Assembly (NCBI RefSeq): GCF_963921235.1
Contig: NC_086097.1
Span: 204,416,001 to 204,480,000 of the forward strand
Origin: Mobula hypostoma
Lineage: Eukaryota
DNA length: 64,000 nucleotides
Direction: 5' to 3'
In this document: positions 63,058 to 64,000 of the stretch, piece after piece
Layout: the number at the start of each line of letters is the position of its first letter
How positions within the stretch are numbered: the first letter of the stretch is position 1
Translations under genes and position numbers: made by a program
The notes under the pieces: model-generated
The model's database searches: none
What the model saw: the letters and a program-made list of their open reading frames with translations, nothing else
Told to the model about the DNA's origin: nothing

Positions 63058-64000
63058 CTAGACAACATAACATTAACTTACAAGCAATGTGACCCCTTGA
63101 CCCACAGTGTGGTGCTGATCCAAAGTTTCTTTGGCTATGCATACTGTATTCAGTTGCACGAAGAAATTGATACATTCAGATATTATCTTGCAAGCTCTCA
63201 TTTCACTTTTCCTCAAAGTAACCAATTTTAGCCAAGGATTAGGTGTGTTTCAGGCAATCTACTGCCTTGGTCAGCCAACCTCCTCCACACTAACCCCACG
63301 ATCCCAAGCCTCTGACCTACAATCTTCTCCTGTCACCCCAACCTCCTGATTGGTGGTCCAACTTCCCCATGCACCCAAAGACTTCTGTCAATGCCTGAAC
63401 TTACATGGAAGTCAAAGGTCATAATGCTTCCTCTTTTACCACACAATTTTATCCTAACAGATGGCTTGCCTGTCTATCTATCCGGATAGTTACGAAGCAA
63501 GAAATTGGGCAGTGATATTTGCAATTCTACTGTTAAAGATAACACCTTCACATTGCTTGGATTTTCTCTTAACTGGTCTACATCTCTACTCCTGATGAAT
63601 TTGGAATCACAAAGGGTGCTTGATAGTTGGCATGACTTAATGGGCCAAAGGGCTTGTTTCTGTGTATTATGACTACAATAGTCACGTGTACAAAAAAAAA
63701 TTGTTTTGTATAGTGCTTTGTCTCATGGTTCTTCAACAAGTTTAAAATGTATTATTAAGGGTGTGTGGCAAAGGTTACACAACTGATTCCTGGAATGGCA
63801 GGATATCTATTTGGTCTACTGCATTCACTGGAGTTTAGGTAATTTTTTTTTATTTCTACGTAACATGATTTCTGTACCTAGTAGCATGTGAATATTTAAA
63901 GTATTTTTTTGACATTCCTGTTAATTATGCTAATAGGCACTATTGGTTTATTTTGTAAGTTTTTTATATTGAACTACTTGTAGCCAACTTTATAAGACTA

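Noticed and set aside
337..63349. Most short ORFs in the track as host genes
   Set aside because: They are antisense or out-of-frame shadows of TE sequence, or random ORFs with no recognisable domain.
1..64000. CRISPR array, prokaryotic operon or retron-like system
   Set aside because: No repeat-spacer pattern; all RTs belong to eukaryotic retroelements.

Overview
Eukaryotic, transposon-saturated genomic DNA (intronic or intergenic). The repeat inventory (CR1 LINEs with esterase ORF1, Penelope-like elements, Rex1/Babar, HE1-type V-SINEs, Tc1) suggests a cartilaginous fish; this is inferred, not proven. No confidently identifiable host protein-coding gene, rRNA, genuine tRNA or CRISPR. Main content: a truncated chromoviral Gypsy (1050-3919,-); five Penelope insertions that all have an inverted two-arm structure and 11-15 bp target-site duplications (TSDs); a Gypsy with PNMA-like gag (30186-39715) carrying a near-intact CR1; a class III (ERV-L/ERV-S-like) endogenous retrovirus remnant with a tRNA-Ser PBS (48340-52855,-); inside its LTR, a Nimb/I-group LINE bounded by a perfect 47-bp inverted copy of its own 3' tail; a full-length DD34E Tc1 in a CR1; an internally deleted Hero-like LINE; and several SINE-like elements. 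Family assignments come from motif recognition by eye, without database searches. Boundaries are approximate unless a TSD or terminal motif is quoted.
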